From positions 608,001-672,000 of the forward strand of contig OZ251992.1 of NCBI GenBank assembly GCA_965246885.1: a stretch of 64,000 nucleotides of DNA. Reading direction: 5' to 3'. Each line of letters opens with the position of its first letter. Positions within the stretch are counted from its first letter, which is position 1. Shown here piece after piece: positions 9,596 through 18,721 of this stretch. Source of the stretch: Abditibacterium sp. Its GTDB lineage: Bacteria > Armatimonadota > Abditibacteriia > Abditibacteriales > Abditibacteriaceae. The translations under genes were made by a program, and so were the position numbers. The notes beneath the pieces are model-generated. The model made no database searches. It was not told where the DNA came from and was given only the letters and a program-made list of their open reading frames with translations.

Positions 9596-10378
9596 CTACT
9601 TCACCGCGTATCCCACGACGACGATGGCGACGATTTTCTTGTCGAGGGCGGTGGTGTCGTCGGTTCCGCCGTCGCTTTCGCCCTTGGAAAAGTAGGGCGT
9701 GATGGAGGGCGTCATCATGCGGGCGAAGCGCACCTCGCCCAAGCGACAGCCCGCGTTTTGCGCCATCGCTTGCGCGCGGTTCTGGGCGTCGCGCGCGGCT
9801 TCGGCTTGCATGGCGACTTTGAGTTCGCTCATCTTGGTGTAAAGGTAGGTCGGCTCGCTGCCGCTCAAGACAACGCCTTTGCCCAACAGGTCGCTGGTAT
9901 CGCGGGTGGCGTTTTCGACCACATCCACCTTGTCGGAGCGCACTTCGAGGCTTTGCGTGAGCTTGTAGCCCGCGACCTCGGTGCCCGTCGAGGCTTCGGT
10001 CGTGACCGTCCCGTTGGGCAAGCGGGTGGTGCGCGGCTTGACATAGAGCGTCTCGACGCTCACGCCTTGCGAAACGACATCCTTATCGGCCACGCCCTTG
10101 CCGACCAAGTAAGCGCGCGCGATGGCGGTCTTGCCTTTGACGCCCGCGAAAGCGAGGGCGAGGGTGGGGGCCGTCTTTTCGACGCTGCCGCTCCAAATGA
10201 TGAAGTCGGAGCGGATGGAGCGCCGCGCCGAACCCACCACGCGCAGGACGGCCTCTTGTCCCCGTGCGCGGATGAGGGCGCGCGTCCAAATGGAGGAGCA
10301 CCACAAGGTGCCAACCACGAAGATAGTCGTGACGGCGACGGGAACGGGCACGAGGACGCGGGGCAGGGAAAGGCGCAT
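9596..10378 (-). CDS. SIMPL (DUF541) domain protein
   Basis: VVGSARRSIRSD, GYKLTQSLEVRS, AARDAQNRAQAMA...LGEVRFA. Confidence 0.85.
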   Translation of the reverse strand: MRLSLPRVLVPVPVAVTTIFVVGTLWCSSIWTRALIRARGQEAVLRVVGSARRSIRSDFIIWSGSVEKTAPTLALAFAGVKGKTAIARAYLVGKGVADKDVVSQGVSVETLYVKPRTTRLPNGTVTTEASTGTEVAGYKLTQSLEVRSDKVDVVENATRDTSDLLGKGVVLSGSEPTYLYTKMSELKVAMQAEAARDAQNRAQAMAQNAGCRLGEVRFARMMTPSITPYFSKGESDGGTDDTTALDKKIVAIVVVGYAVK

Positions 10379-10408
10379 GGGTGTATGACAACCGCGCCCG
10401 CCGCGCGG

Positions 10409-11350
10409 TTACGCGGTCATTTCCCGCGCCCATTGCGCCGCGCCGATTAAGCCCGCGCGGTTGCCAAGGGTCGCCATGACGATTTGGCTCGTGTCGAAGT
10501 GGAGGCGCGAGGTGCGCGCGGCGACGGCGCGGCGCAAGGGAAGCAGGAGCACGTCGCCCGCTTGCGCGACGCCCCCGGCCAACACTACGCGCGACACGTC
10601 GGCGGTGAAGACGACGTTGACGATGCCGACGGCCAAATAGGAGGCGGTTTCGAGCCACACGCGCACGGCGATGTCGTCGTTTTGCTCGGCGGCGAGGGCG
10701 ATGTGGCGCGGCGTGAGTTCGCTAAGATCAGGGCAAAGCTCGTGGATGAGCGAGTCGCGCCCCCACGTTAGGGCGCGGAGAGCGCGCCAGACGATAGCGT
10801 CGCGGCCACACACGCTTTCGAGGGTGCCGACGTTGCCCGCCGAGCCGCGCTTGTCGTTGATGTCAACGGTGATGTGCCCAATTTCGGCGCCGCGCTCGAA
10901 GGCGCCCAAGCGCAGTTTGCCGTCGAGAATCAGACCCGATCCGATGCCGGTGCCAAGCGTAACGACGAGCACATCGGGCGCCCCGGCGCCCGCGCCAAAG
11001 CGCGCTTCGCCCAGCGCGGCAGCGTTGGCGTCGTTGAGAACGTGGACGGGCAGTCCGATTTTCTCGCTTAGTATCGGGCCGACGGGCAAATTTACCCAAC
11101 CCTGCAAGTTGGGCGCGTAGACGCAGATGCCCTCGCGGTGCCGAACCGGGCCGGGAACGCCGATGCCAACGGAGGCCGCCGCGCCGCCCTTTTCCAACAC
11201 GCGCTTGGCCGCGTCCGCGATGCGGCTCAGTAACACATCGGGCGCGTCGTGCTGGCGCGTTTCGATGGTGTGTTCGTGGCTGAGGGCGCCGCTTTCGTCG
11301 AGCAAACCGAGCGCGCAAGTGGTGCCGCCCAGATCAATTCCCAGAATCAT
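10409..11350 (-). CDS. ROK-family sugar kinase (glucokinase-like)
   Basis: GIDLGGT, GIGVPG, NDANAAALGE, TLGTGIGSG, AEIGH. Confidence 0.92.
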   Translation of the reverse strand: MILGIDLGGTTCALGLLDESGALSHEHTIETRQHDAPDVLLSRIADAAKRVLEKGGAAASVGIGVPGPVRHREGICVYAPNLQGWVNLPVGPILSEKIGLPVHVLNDANAAALGEARFGAGAGAPDVLVVTLGTGIGSGLILDGKLRLGAFERGAEIGHITVDINDKRGSAGNVGTLESVCGRDAIVWRALRALTWGRDSLIHELCPDLSELTPRHIALAAEQNDDIAVRVWLETASYLAVGIVNVVFTADVSRVVLAGGVAQAGDVLLLPLRRAVAARTSRLHFDTSQIVMATLGNRAGLIGAAQWAREMTA

Positions 11351-11395
11351 GGCTTCTGGTATAGCCGCTCACACCGATCAAGCGTTCGTCCATGC

Positions 11396-11449
11396 GCCCA
11401 CGTGGGTGCCATCGCGCCAACGAAAAAGGGCACCCACATGGGGTGCCCT
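11396..11449. repeat. REP-like palindromes / possible terminator downstream of rpsR
   Basis: agggcaccc-acatg-gggtgccct (11427-11449) plus related gcccacgtgggtgcc (11396-11410). Confidence 0.5.
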
Positions 11450-11474
11450 CACGGACTCTATTGTGTCGGTAGCG

Positions 11475-11744
11475 TTAGCCGCCCTGCGATTGGCGCAGGT
11501 GGTCGGCGGTGTAGTGCAAGAGCGCCATGTAGCGGGCGAGCTTGACTTGTTCGGCGACGTGGCGCTGCTGTTTGGCGGAAAGGCCGGAGTTGCGGCGCGA
11601 CAGGATTTTGCCCCGGTCGGTGATGAAGCGCTTGAGTTGCGAGGCGCTCTTGTAGTTGAGGCCGAAGACGAACTCGTCGGTAAAGGTCGGGCGCTTGCCT
11701 TTGAGCGGGCGAAGCGGTTTGCGACTGCGTGATTTTTGTGCCAT
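11475..11744 (-). CDS. rpsR: 30S ribosomal protein S18 (Cys-lacking form)
   Basis: NYKSASQLKRFITDRGKILSRRNSGLSAKQQR...ARYMALL; rpsF-ssb-rpsR synteny. Confidence 0.95.
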   Translation of the reverse strand: MAQKSRSRKPLRPLKGKRPTFTDEFVFGLNYKSASQLKRFITDRGKILSRRNSGLSAKQQRHVAEQVKLARYMALLHYTADHLRQSQGG

Positions 11745-11823
11745 TGTTATCTATCCTCCTTTGCGTGGGAGTTGCTTTCTAAAGGTGAAGCGGGCTAACG
11801 CGCGTCAGCCCGCTTTGGGTGGT

Positions 11824-12441
11824 TTATTCGTCGGCGAACGGGTCGCTGTCGTCGAAGTCCTCGTCGTAGGTCGCTGCCGGAGCCGCTTTGCGGGCCGCCG
11901 GAGCGGGGGCCGGAGCCGCGCGAGTGGGAGAGGGAGCCGGACGCGCCGCTTGCGCCGCGACCGGAGCGGGCCGGTTGGCCGGACGCGCGGGCGCCGGTTC
12001 GTCGTCAGGGAAGTAGCCGTTGCCGCCACCGTCATCGTCTTGGCGAGCGTTGCCGCCGCCACCCCGATTGCCGCCGTCGTAACCGCCCCCGCCGCCTTCG
12101 CCGCCCTCGCGGTTGCGCGAATCGAGGGTTTCCACGCTGTCCACCGAAATCTCGGTGATGTAGCGCTTTTGCCCTTCTTTGTCGAGATAGTCGTTGAGTT
12201 CGACGCGCCCCTCGACCAGCACCAAACGACCTTTGCCGACGTATTGCTCGACGAAATCGGCGCGTTGGCGCCACGCTTTGCAACGGAAGAAGTCGGTCTT
12301 CTTCTCGCCGTTTTCCCCTTTGCCAAACGCGCGGTCTACCGCGACGGTGAACTGCGCGACCTTAAGGCCGCCTGAGGTGTTGCGAACTTCCGGGTCGCCC
12401 GTCATGCGACCAACCAGCGTTACTTTGTTATACGAAGCCAT
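11824..12441 (-). CDS. ssb: Single-stranded DNA-binding protein
   Basis: NKVTLVGRMTGDPE OB fold, Gly/Pro/Ala-rich linker, acidic DDSDPFADE tail. Confidence 0.96.
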   Translation of the reverse strand: MASYNKVTLVGRMTGDPEVRNTSGGLKVAQFTVAVDRAFGKGENGEKKTDFFRCKAWRQRADFVEQYVGKGRLVLVEGRVELNDYLDKEGQKRYITEISVDSVETLDSRNREGGEGGGGGYDGGNRGGGGNARQDDDGGGNGYFPDDEPAPARPANRPAPVAAQAARPAPSPTRAAPAPAPAARKAAPAATYDEDFDDSDPFADE

Positions 12442-12517
12442 CTTTTTTCTCTCCTGACGCTCCACTTAAAATTTCACTCGGATCAGTGAGATGGAGCGGA
12501 CAAGGCAAACGGGCCAT

Positions 12518-12546
12518 AGGATAACGCCTTGGCCGCCCCATTTCAA
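12518..12546 (-). promoter_or_regulatory. Putative sigma70 promoter internal to the operon, upstream of ssb
   Basis: Minus strand TTGAAA-N17-TATCCT in the rpsF-ssb gap. Confidence 0.5.
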
Positions 12547-12591
12547 GGGGTGGCGGGCGAAATTTCTGGCGGGAGTTCCCGCGCAAGACGC

Positions 12592-13056
12592 TTACGCGTC
12601 TTCGCGCAGGATGATGTGGCGCAAGATGCGCTCGTCCAATTTGAAGAAGCGCTCTAACTCGCCCGTCAGGTCTTTGCCAAAGCGCGCGTTGAGGACAACG
12701 TAGACGCCTTCGGCCTTTTTAGCGATGGGATACGCCAAGCGTCGGACTTCCGACACACGCGCATTGTCTACGGCGCCGCCCGCCCCTTCAATGAGGGCTT
12801 TGACGCGCTCTTGCGTTTCCTCGACGGCGCCCGCCACGTTCGCTTGCACGATGTAGGTGATCTCGTAAGCGCGCCCGTTCGCCACTTCTTGCGTGGAAAC
12901 GGGGGTTTGCCCTTCGCCGATTTCGGGAAGGAGGTCGCTCGCGCCCACGCGGATGCCCGCCGGACGCTGCGCCTGCGGTTCAGTGCGCTCTGGAGCGCCG
13001 TTCTCGGCTGCCGCCACGTCTTCGCGGGGTGCCGTTAAGGTTGTTGATTCTGCCAA
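12592..13056 (-). CDS. rpsF: 30S ribosomal protein S6 with long N-terminal extension
   Basis: YEITYIV...RRLAYPIAKKAEGVY...ELERFFKLDERILRHII; TTG start 8 nt after AGGAGG. Confidence 0.92.
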   Translation of the reverse strand: MAESTTLTAPREDVAAAENGAPERTEPQAQRPAGIRVGASDLLPEIGEGQTPVSTQEVANGRAYEITYIVQANVAGAVEETQERVKALIEGAGGAVDNARVSEVRRLAYPIAKKAEGVYVVLNARFGKDLTGELERFFKLDERILRHIILREDA

Positions 13057-13059
13057 TAT

Positions 13060-13180
13060 ATTCACCTCCTCATGGATGTTCTCCGGCTCTGGGCCGGAAA
13101 ATCAGCCCGAAACGCGCGAAGCGTTCAGGTCAAGGAGCTTGTTTCCCGCCGAAGCGAAAAAGCCAACGGGGAATTATAAC
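13060..13180 (-). promoter_or_regulatory. rpsF promoter (-10 TATAAT) and possible S6:S18 autoregulatory leader
   Basis: TATAAT at 13173-13178 (minus); leader CTCCTT can pair with the AGGAG RBS around an internal ccgg...ccgg hairpin. Confidence 0.45.
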
Positions 13181-13211
13181 GTATGGCGCACTTCGCGGGG
13201 TACGGCACTGT

Positions 13212-13301
13212 CGGAGGAAGCTGATTGGAAGAGGTCGTCAGACCCGCTTTCGCTAAGTGACGGGAGCGGGTCTGACGACCTCTTCCAATCAGCTTCCTCC
13301 G
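13212..13301. repeat. Perfect 37-bp inverted repeat (REPIN/MITE-like)
   Basis: cggaggaagctgattggaagaggtcgtcagacccgct (13212-13248) and its exact reverse complement (13265-13301). Confidence 0.9.
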
Positions 13302-13385
13302 TGACTCTCGCTTTAACGCCCTCCCTGTGAACCCCAACTCCCCTTTCGCCCCCAACAAAGCGCGTTTGGGTTTACTTGAGGGCCG

Positions 13386-14420
13386 ATGCTTCCGTCCTCC
13401 TCCTTTCCTCGCGTGGCCGTTGTGGGCGCGGGAATTGGCCGCGCCCATGTCGAGGGCTACCTCGCGGCGGGCGCGGAGGTTGCCGTCATCTGCGACCTCG
13501 ACCCCGCAAAGGCCGCCGCCGTCGCGCTCAAGTGGAACATCGCGCCGCGCATCGAGAGCGATTTTGGCGCTATTCTGGCGGACGACTCCATCAGCGCCGT
13601 CTCGATTTGCACGCCCAACTCGCTCCACGCGCCAATGGCGGTCGCGGCCATGCGCGCGGGCAAGCACGTTTTGTGCGAAAAGCCCCTCGCCCTCAACGCG
13701 CCCGACGCACAACTCATCGCCGACTGCGCGCGCGACACGGGGCGCATTTGCATGGTGTCGCACGTCCTGCGCTTCCGCGACGATGTGCTGGAACTCAAGG
13801 GCCGCGTCGGGGACATCGGCGAAATTTACTACGCCCGCGCCCTCGCGCGGCGCGTGAGCGGCATCCCCAAGTGGGGCGGCTGGTTCACCCAACAACGGCT
13901 GTCGGGCGGCGGGCCACTGATTGATACCGGCGTTCATGTCCTCGATCTCGCGTGGTGGCTGGCGGGGTGCCCCATTCCCCTACGCGCGTCGGGCACGACC
14001 TACGCCAAGTTCGGCCCCGCCCAAACGCACTTGGGAGCGGGCGGCGCGCACAACCCCGGCGGCGTCTTCGATGTCGAGGATTTGGCGGCGGGGTTGGTGC
14101 GCTTCGAGAACGGCCTGAGCATCCACTTCGAGGCGTCGTGGGCCATTAGCGCCGAGGGCGATGAGCGGTTTTGCCACCTGCACGGCACGCGCGGCGCCCT
14201 GCTCTGGGAAGACGAACCCAAATTCGTCGGCGAAAACGACGAAGTCGAACGGCTCACCCCCGGCGCGGGCGGGGCATGGAAGCGCGAAATGGAACACTTC
14301 CTCGCCGCCATCCAAAGCGGCCAAGCCCCCGACCCCGACGCGGGACAAGGCGTCACCATGATGCGCATGCTCGACGCGCTGTATCTGTCCGCCCGCGAAG
14401 AGCGCGAAGTCGCGGTGTGA
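13386..14420 (+). CDS. Gfo/Idh/MocA oxidoreductase
   Basis: VAVVGAGIG, ICTPNSLH, GKHVLCEKP, GGGPLIDTGVH. Confidence 0.93.
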   Translation: MLPSSSFPRVAVVGAGIGRAHVEGYLAAGAEVAVICDLDPAKAAAVALKWNIAPRIESDFGAILADDSISAVSICTPNSLHAPMAVAAMRAGKHVLCEKPLALNAPDAQLIADCARDTGRICMVSHVLRFRDDVLELKGRVGDIGEIYYARALARRVSGIPKWGGWFTQQRLSGGGPLIDTGVHVLDLAWWLAGCPIPLRASGTTYAKFGPAQTHLGAGGAHNPGGVFDVEDLAAGLVRFENGLSIHFEASWAISAEGDERFCHLHGTRGALLWEDEPKFVGENDEVERLTPGAGGAWKREMEHFLAAIQSGQAPDPDAGQGVTMMRMLDALYLSAREEREVAV

Positions 14421-14427
14421 TTTGGAC

Positions 14428-14592
14428 GGCGGACACGCCCTAAAGGACGTGGCAAGAAGCCTCCGGCTGGTCGTGCTCCGCACGAGTGGCGGCTCTAATC
14501 TCCTTGCGCGGACGCGGCTCACTTACGCCCTCGTATTGTGCGGAGCACGACCAGCCGGAGGCTTCTTGCCACGTCTTTAGGGCGTGTCCGCC
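14428..14592. repeat. About 55-bp inverted repeat with 54-bp spacer (MITE/REPIN-like)
   Basis: Arms 14428-14483 and 14538-14592 identical apart from a 1-nt indel. Confidence 0.9.
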
Positions 14593-14617
14593 ATCGGTCG
14601 AACGAAACTCCATCCCC

Positions 14618-15406
14618 ATGTTTTTCGACTCCCACTGCCACCTTTCCGACGCGCGCTTGCTCGCGAACTTGCCCGCCGTCTTAGAGCGCGCCCGCGCCGC
14701 GCACGTGAGCCGCATCCTTTCCATCGCGGTTGACTTGGACGACGCGCGCGCCATCGCGCCCTTGGCCGATGGGCAGAGCGTATGGATGAGCGCGGGCGTG
14801 CATCCCGCTTCGGCCCTGACGTGGGACGACGCGACATCGGGCACCGAACTACGCGACATGGTGCGCGACAACCCGCACTGCGTCGCCGTCGGCGAGTGCG
14901 GCTTGGATTATGTTTACGACGACGCGAACCCGCAATACCCCGGCGCAACTCGCGCCCGCCAAGCGGAGGTTTTCGAGGCGCAGTTGCACATCGCCGCCCA
15001 AGCCCGCAAGCCCGTCGTCATCCACAACCGCGACGCCGACGGCGACGTGCTCGCCATCCTCGGAGCGTGGCAGAGCCGCTTAGCGGGCGGCGTGTTTCAC
15101 TGCTTTGGCTCCGATTGGGAAGTCGCTCGGCGCGCACTTGACCTCGGCTTTCACATCGGCTTCACCGGCATCGTCACCTTCAAAAACGCGCCCCTGCTCC
15201 ACGAGGTCGCCGCCCAGTGCCCCCTCGAACGCCTTCTCATCGAAACCGACGCGCCCTATCTGGCCCCCGTCCCGCACCGGGGGAAACGCAACGAGCCAAG
15301 CTACGTCCCCTTCGTCGCCGCCAAAATCGCCGAACTGCGCGGGATGAGCCGCGACGAAATCGGGGAAATCACTACCAACAACGCGCGCCGCTTGTTCGGG
15401 GTGTGA
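14618..15406 (+). CDS. tatD: TatD-family deoxyribonuclease
   Basis: FDSHCHL, GVHP, VGECGLDY, IHNRDA, FHCF, LIETDAPYLAPVPHRGKRNEP. Confidence 0.95.
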   Translation: MFFDSHCHLSDARLLANLPAVLERARAAHVSRILSIAVDLDDARAIAPLADGQSVWMSAGVHPASALTWDDATSGTELRDMVRDNPHCVAVGECGLDYVYDDANPQYPGATRARQAEVFEAQLHIAAQARKPVVIHNRDADGDVLAILGAWQSRLAGGVFHCFGSDWEVARRALDLGFHIGFTGIVTFKNAPLLHEVAAQCPLERLLIETDAPYLAPVPHRGKRNEPSYVPFVAAKIAELRGMSRDEIGEITTNNARRLFGV

Positions 15407-15441
15407 AGGCCCGTTTCATGACAGTCACCGGGAGTAGCCTC

Positions 15442-15888
15442 TCACTTCTTGCGCGTGTAAAAGGTGATGGCAGCAATCACCGCCGCAACTGCGAAGCCGT
15501 AGCCTTGCAGGTCGCGCGCGCCGTCCCACGTCACGACTTGGCCCAAGAACAAGACGCCCAGCAGCGTGACTACGACGCCGAGCAACTTGCTCTTGAGGTC
15601 GTCGAGTGTGTGGATGGCCAGCCACTCCGGGACTTGGATGGTTTCGTCTACGAAGAGTTCATACAGTCCCAGCGCCACGACGTAACACAGCGTTGCCAGT
15701 AGGAACGTGTCTATCGCTTCGATGGCATGAAGCAGCAACAGCTTGCCCTTGGCCGCGCCGCTCAAGAGTTGGCCCACTAAGGTCAATACTTCCCATGCGC
15801 CGTAACCCAAGAGGGCGCACGCACACACGAACGAACCCGCCACCGCGACGAACACCAACAGCCGCGAGCGCGACAGAAAAGCCGACAT
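15442..15888 (-). CDS. YqhA/UPF0114-family membrane protein
   Basis: IEAIDTFLLA..LGLYELF..PEWLAIHTLDDLKSKL. Confidence 0.85.
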   Translation of the reverse strand: MSAFLSRSRLLVFVAVAGSFVCACALLGYGAWEVLTLVGQLLSGAAKGKLLLLHAIEAIDTFLLATLCYVVALGLYELFVDETIQVPEWLAIHTLDDLKSKLLGVVVTLLGVLFLGQVVTWDGARDLQGYGFAVAAVIAAITFYTRKK

Positions 15889-15952
15889 AAGCGCCGCCCA
15901 GTTTGAACGCGCGGCCTTTGACGCGGCGCGTCAAAGGGGCGACACTGGGGGA

Positions 15953-17176
15953 ATGACCAGCGTTTCTTCGCGCAGGATATGGCGTTTTGGTACGGGCATC
16001 GCGCTCGTGCTGGGGCTAATCGGTGCCGGGATGCTCCTGAGCCGAAGCGCGACCGGCTCCATTCCCGCTCCGCTTCCGCTTCCTTCGCCCAACGGGTTCG
16101 ACCGCTACGTTGCGGCGGCGACGGCCATTGTGCCCGCCCGTCCGCCCGTAGACGCGGTAAACGACACCGTCGTTCTTACCCCCGCTCAAGCCGCCGTGAA
16201 CTATGCGCCCGCCCGACGGGAAGCGTGGATTGGAGCCAACGCCCGCGCGTGGGCACTCATGGCCAGCGCCAAAGCCGTCGCTTCGCGCCACCCCAACATG
16301 CGCGGCACGACAATGACCCTCCCGGCATGGAAGAGGCTGCGCGAACTGGCGCGCAGCCAATCCATCCGCGTGCACAACTGGGAAGCGCGCGGGCAATGGG
16401 GCGCCGCGATGGACGGCGGCCTCGACACCCTCCAAATGGGCCGCGACATTGAACACGGCGCCCCGCTCATCGGATCGCTCGTCGGCATGGCCATCGAGCA
16501 TATCGCCGACCGTTGCGTCGAAGACGTGCCCGCGCACCTGAGCGCCCTCGAAGCGCGCGCCGCCACGCGCCGCTTGGAAACCATCATCGCTACCGGCGAG
16601 CCGTTTTCGGGCGTCTTGACCGAGGAAAAGTGGAGCTTTCTCACCCTCGCCCTCAGTTCGATGGGCGGGACGAGCGCTCGTGGCGCCTTCGCTTCCCTCG
16701 TGACGACGCCCGGACGCACCGGTTACATCAGGACGATGGACGCTTTCATCGCGGGGGCCAACGCGCCCGCACTCGCCCAAAAACCCGTTCCACTCCCCGC
16801 CGCCGCTCCGGGTTTTCTGGGCATTTATAACCTGATGTACCCCTCCGTCGAAGAGGCGCTGTTCAGCGAACACCGCCGCCGAGCGGTCGAAAACTTGCTG
16901 CTCTTGCGCTTGGCGTTGCGGGCCTACCGCGTCCAAAACGGCGCCTATCCCGCGCAGTTGTCGGCGCTTGCGCCCGGCATACTCAAGCAACTGCCCGTTG
17001 ATCCCTTCGGTGCGGGCGAGCCGCTTCGCTACCGCGTTGCGGGCGACTCTTACCTCGCGTGGAGCATCGGGCCGGACGGCATAGACAACGGCGGAGCGCT
17101 CATCCCCCTGCGCCCCGGCGCCACGCACCGCGTCGCCCGTGCAACTTCGCAGGGCGACATCACGGCCTCGCCCTGA
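15953..17176 (+). CDS. Hypothetical membrane-anchored helical protein with C-terminal GspG/pseudopilin-like segment
   Basis: N-terminal TM; C-terminal LALRAYRVQNGAYPAQLSAL...PVDPFG...WSIGPDGIDNGG. Confidence 0.7.
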   Translation: MTSVSSRRIWRFGTGIALVLGLIGAGMLLSRSATGSIPAPLPLPSPNGFDRYVAAATAIVPARPPVDAVNDTVVLTPAQAAVNYAPARREAWIGANARAWALMASAKAVASRHPNMRGTTMTLPAWKRLRELARSQSIRVHNWEARGQWGAAMDGGLDTLQMGRDIEHGAPLIGSLVGMAIEHIADRCVEDVPAHLSALEARAATRRLETIIATGEPFSGVLTEEKWSFLTLALSSMGGTSARGAFASLVTTPGRTGYIRTMDAFIAGANAPALAQKPVPLPAAAPGFLGIYNLMYPSVEEALFSEHRRRAVENLLLLRLALRAYRVQNGAYPAQLSALAPGILKQLPVDPFGAGEPLRYRVAGDSYLAWSIGPDGIDNGGALIPLRPGATHRVARATSQGDITASP

Positions 17177-17216
17177 GCCGCCCAAACGCGCGCGGGATTT
17201 GCTCCTTCTGCGGGCA

Positions 17217-17690
17217 ATGACTTCTTTTGCTCATTCGTATCTGTGGCGCGGCGTGGCAACGAACGCGCGGGTGTTTGGCTTTTTGCTCCATGACCTGCCG
17301 CTCGATTCGCCGCGCTGGGACGCGCGGCCTGAGGCCGACCGGTTCTCGCTCCGCGAAGTGGTGGCGCATCTGGTGGACTTCGACACGGTGACGCGCGAGC
17401 GGTTCGAGAGGATTATCCGCGAGGACAACCCCGAACTGCCCGACTGGGATCCAACCGTTGCCGCCGCGCACTACTCGGCGCGCGACCCACAGCATGGGAT
17501 GGAACACCTGCTGCTTTCGCGGCAAGAGTTAGCGCAGTGGCTCGAAGGGTTAAGCGAGCCGGAATGGAAGAGACGCGGCTCGCGCCCGCGCGTCGGGGAG
17601 TTCTCCGTCGAGGAAGGCACCGCCCTCTTTCTCGGACACGACTCCTATCACCTGATACAGATAGCGCAGTGGCTCGACGCGACGAAGTAA
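17217..17690 (+). CDS. DinB/YfiT-family protein
   Basis: FSLREVVAHLVD, EWKRRG, HDSYHLIQI. Confidence 0.85.
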   Translation: MTSFAHSYLWRGVATNARVFGFLLHDLPLDSPRWDARPEADRFSLREVVAHLVDFDTVTRERFERIIREDNPELPDWDPTVAAAHYSARDPQHGMEHLLLSRQELAQWLEGLSEPEWKRRGSRPRVGEFSVEEGTALFLGHDSYHLIQIAQWLDATK

Positions 17691-17713
17691 CCACTTCCAC
17701 CCATTTCACTCCC

Positions 17714-18616
17714 ATGTCACTTCACCCCGTTGCGCCGCGCGTTTGGCGCTCGAATGTCCTCAACTTCGTCAACGCTTACTTCATCCAAAACGCGGACGGC
17801 GAGTTCGTCCTCGTGGATGCGGGCTTGCGGCCCGTTGTCGGGCAACTTCAGGGCGCTGCCGTTGAGTTGGGGCGCCCTCCCGTCGCCATCGTCCTCACTC
17901 ATGGGCACATAGACCACGTCGGCGGCGCGGGCGAGTTGGCGCGGGCGTGGAACGTGCCGGTTTACGCGGGGCGTTTGGAACGCCCGTTTTTGACCGGCAT
18001 GGATTTATACCCGCCCGGCGACCCCACCGTCGGCGGCGCGCTCGCGCAAGTCTCGCGCTTCCTACCGCCCCAAAAGTTCGACCTTTCCGACGTGTTGGAA
18101 ACCCTCCCCGACGACGGGCAGTTGGACGTTTTAGGCGGCTGGCAAGTCATTCAAACGCCGGGACACTCGCCGGGGCACGTGAGTTTGTGGCACGAGGACG
18201 ACCGGGTGTTGCTTGCGGGAGACGCCTTGTGCACGGCGGACATGGACTCACTCGTTGGTATGACGACGCTCCAACCCACGCAGTTCGCGCGCGGCGGCAC
18301 GCCGTTCGTTCCCGACTGGGGCGCCATGAAACACTCGCTCGGCGTTCTGGCCGACTTAGAACCCGTGACTGTTGCGGCGGGGCATGGCCTACCCATGAGC
18401 GGCGGAGACGTGCCGCAACGCTTGCGCGATTTCTATCACTCCTTCACCCCGCCCGCGCATGGCCGTTACGCCGACGTTCCCGCCCTGACCGACGAAAGCG
18501 GCGTCACGTTTTTGCCGCCCGCGCCGCCCGACCCATTGCCGCGCAACGTTGCGCTCGGCGCCCTCGCGGGCGGGTTGGCGTTTGCCCTTTTGGGCGGCGC
18601 ACGGCGGGGAGATTAA
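17714..18616 (+). CDS. MBL-fold metallo-hydrolase
   Basis: LVDAG, THGHIDHVG, TPGHSPGH, AGDAL, AAGHG. Confidence 0.9.
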   Translation: MSLHPVAPRVWRSNVLNFVNAYFIQNADGEFVLVDAGLRPVVGQLQGAAVELGRPPVAIVLTHGHIDHVGGAGELARAWNVPVYAGRLERPFLTGMDLYPPGDPTVGGALAQVSRFLPPQKFDLSDVLETLPDDGQLDVLGGWQVIQTPGHSPGHVSLWHEDDRVLLAGDALCTADMDSLVGMTTLQPTQFARGGTPFVPDWGAMKHSLGVLADLEPVTVAAGHGLPMSGGDVPQRLRDFYHSFTPPAHGRYADVPALTDESGVTFLPPAPPDPLPRNVALGALAGGLAFALLGGARRGD

Positions 18617-18618
18617 CC

Positions 18619-18702
18619 AATGGCGCGATCCGGTGGACGAATGGCATGGCCCGGCGGACGGATGGCGCAGTTAATTCTTTGAATGGCGCGACCCGGCGGG
18701 CG
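18619..18702. repeat. Four degenerate 21-bp tandem units (RATGGCGCG...GGACG)
   Basis: aatggcgcgatccggtggacg / aatggcatggcccggcggacg / gatggcgcagttaattctttg / aatggcgcgacccggcgggcg. Confidence 0.65.
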
Positions 18703-18721
18703 AGTCACCGAGGCCCGCCGC

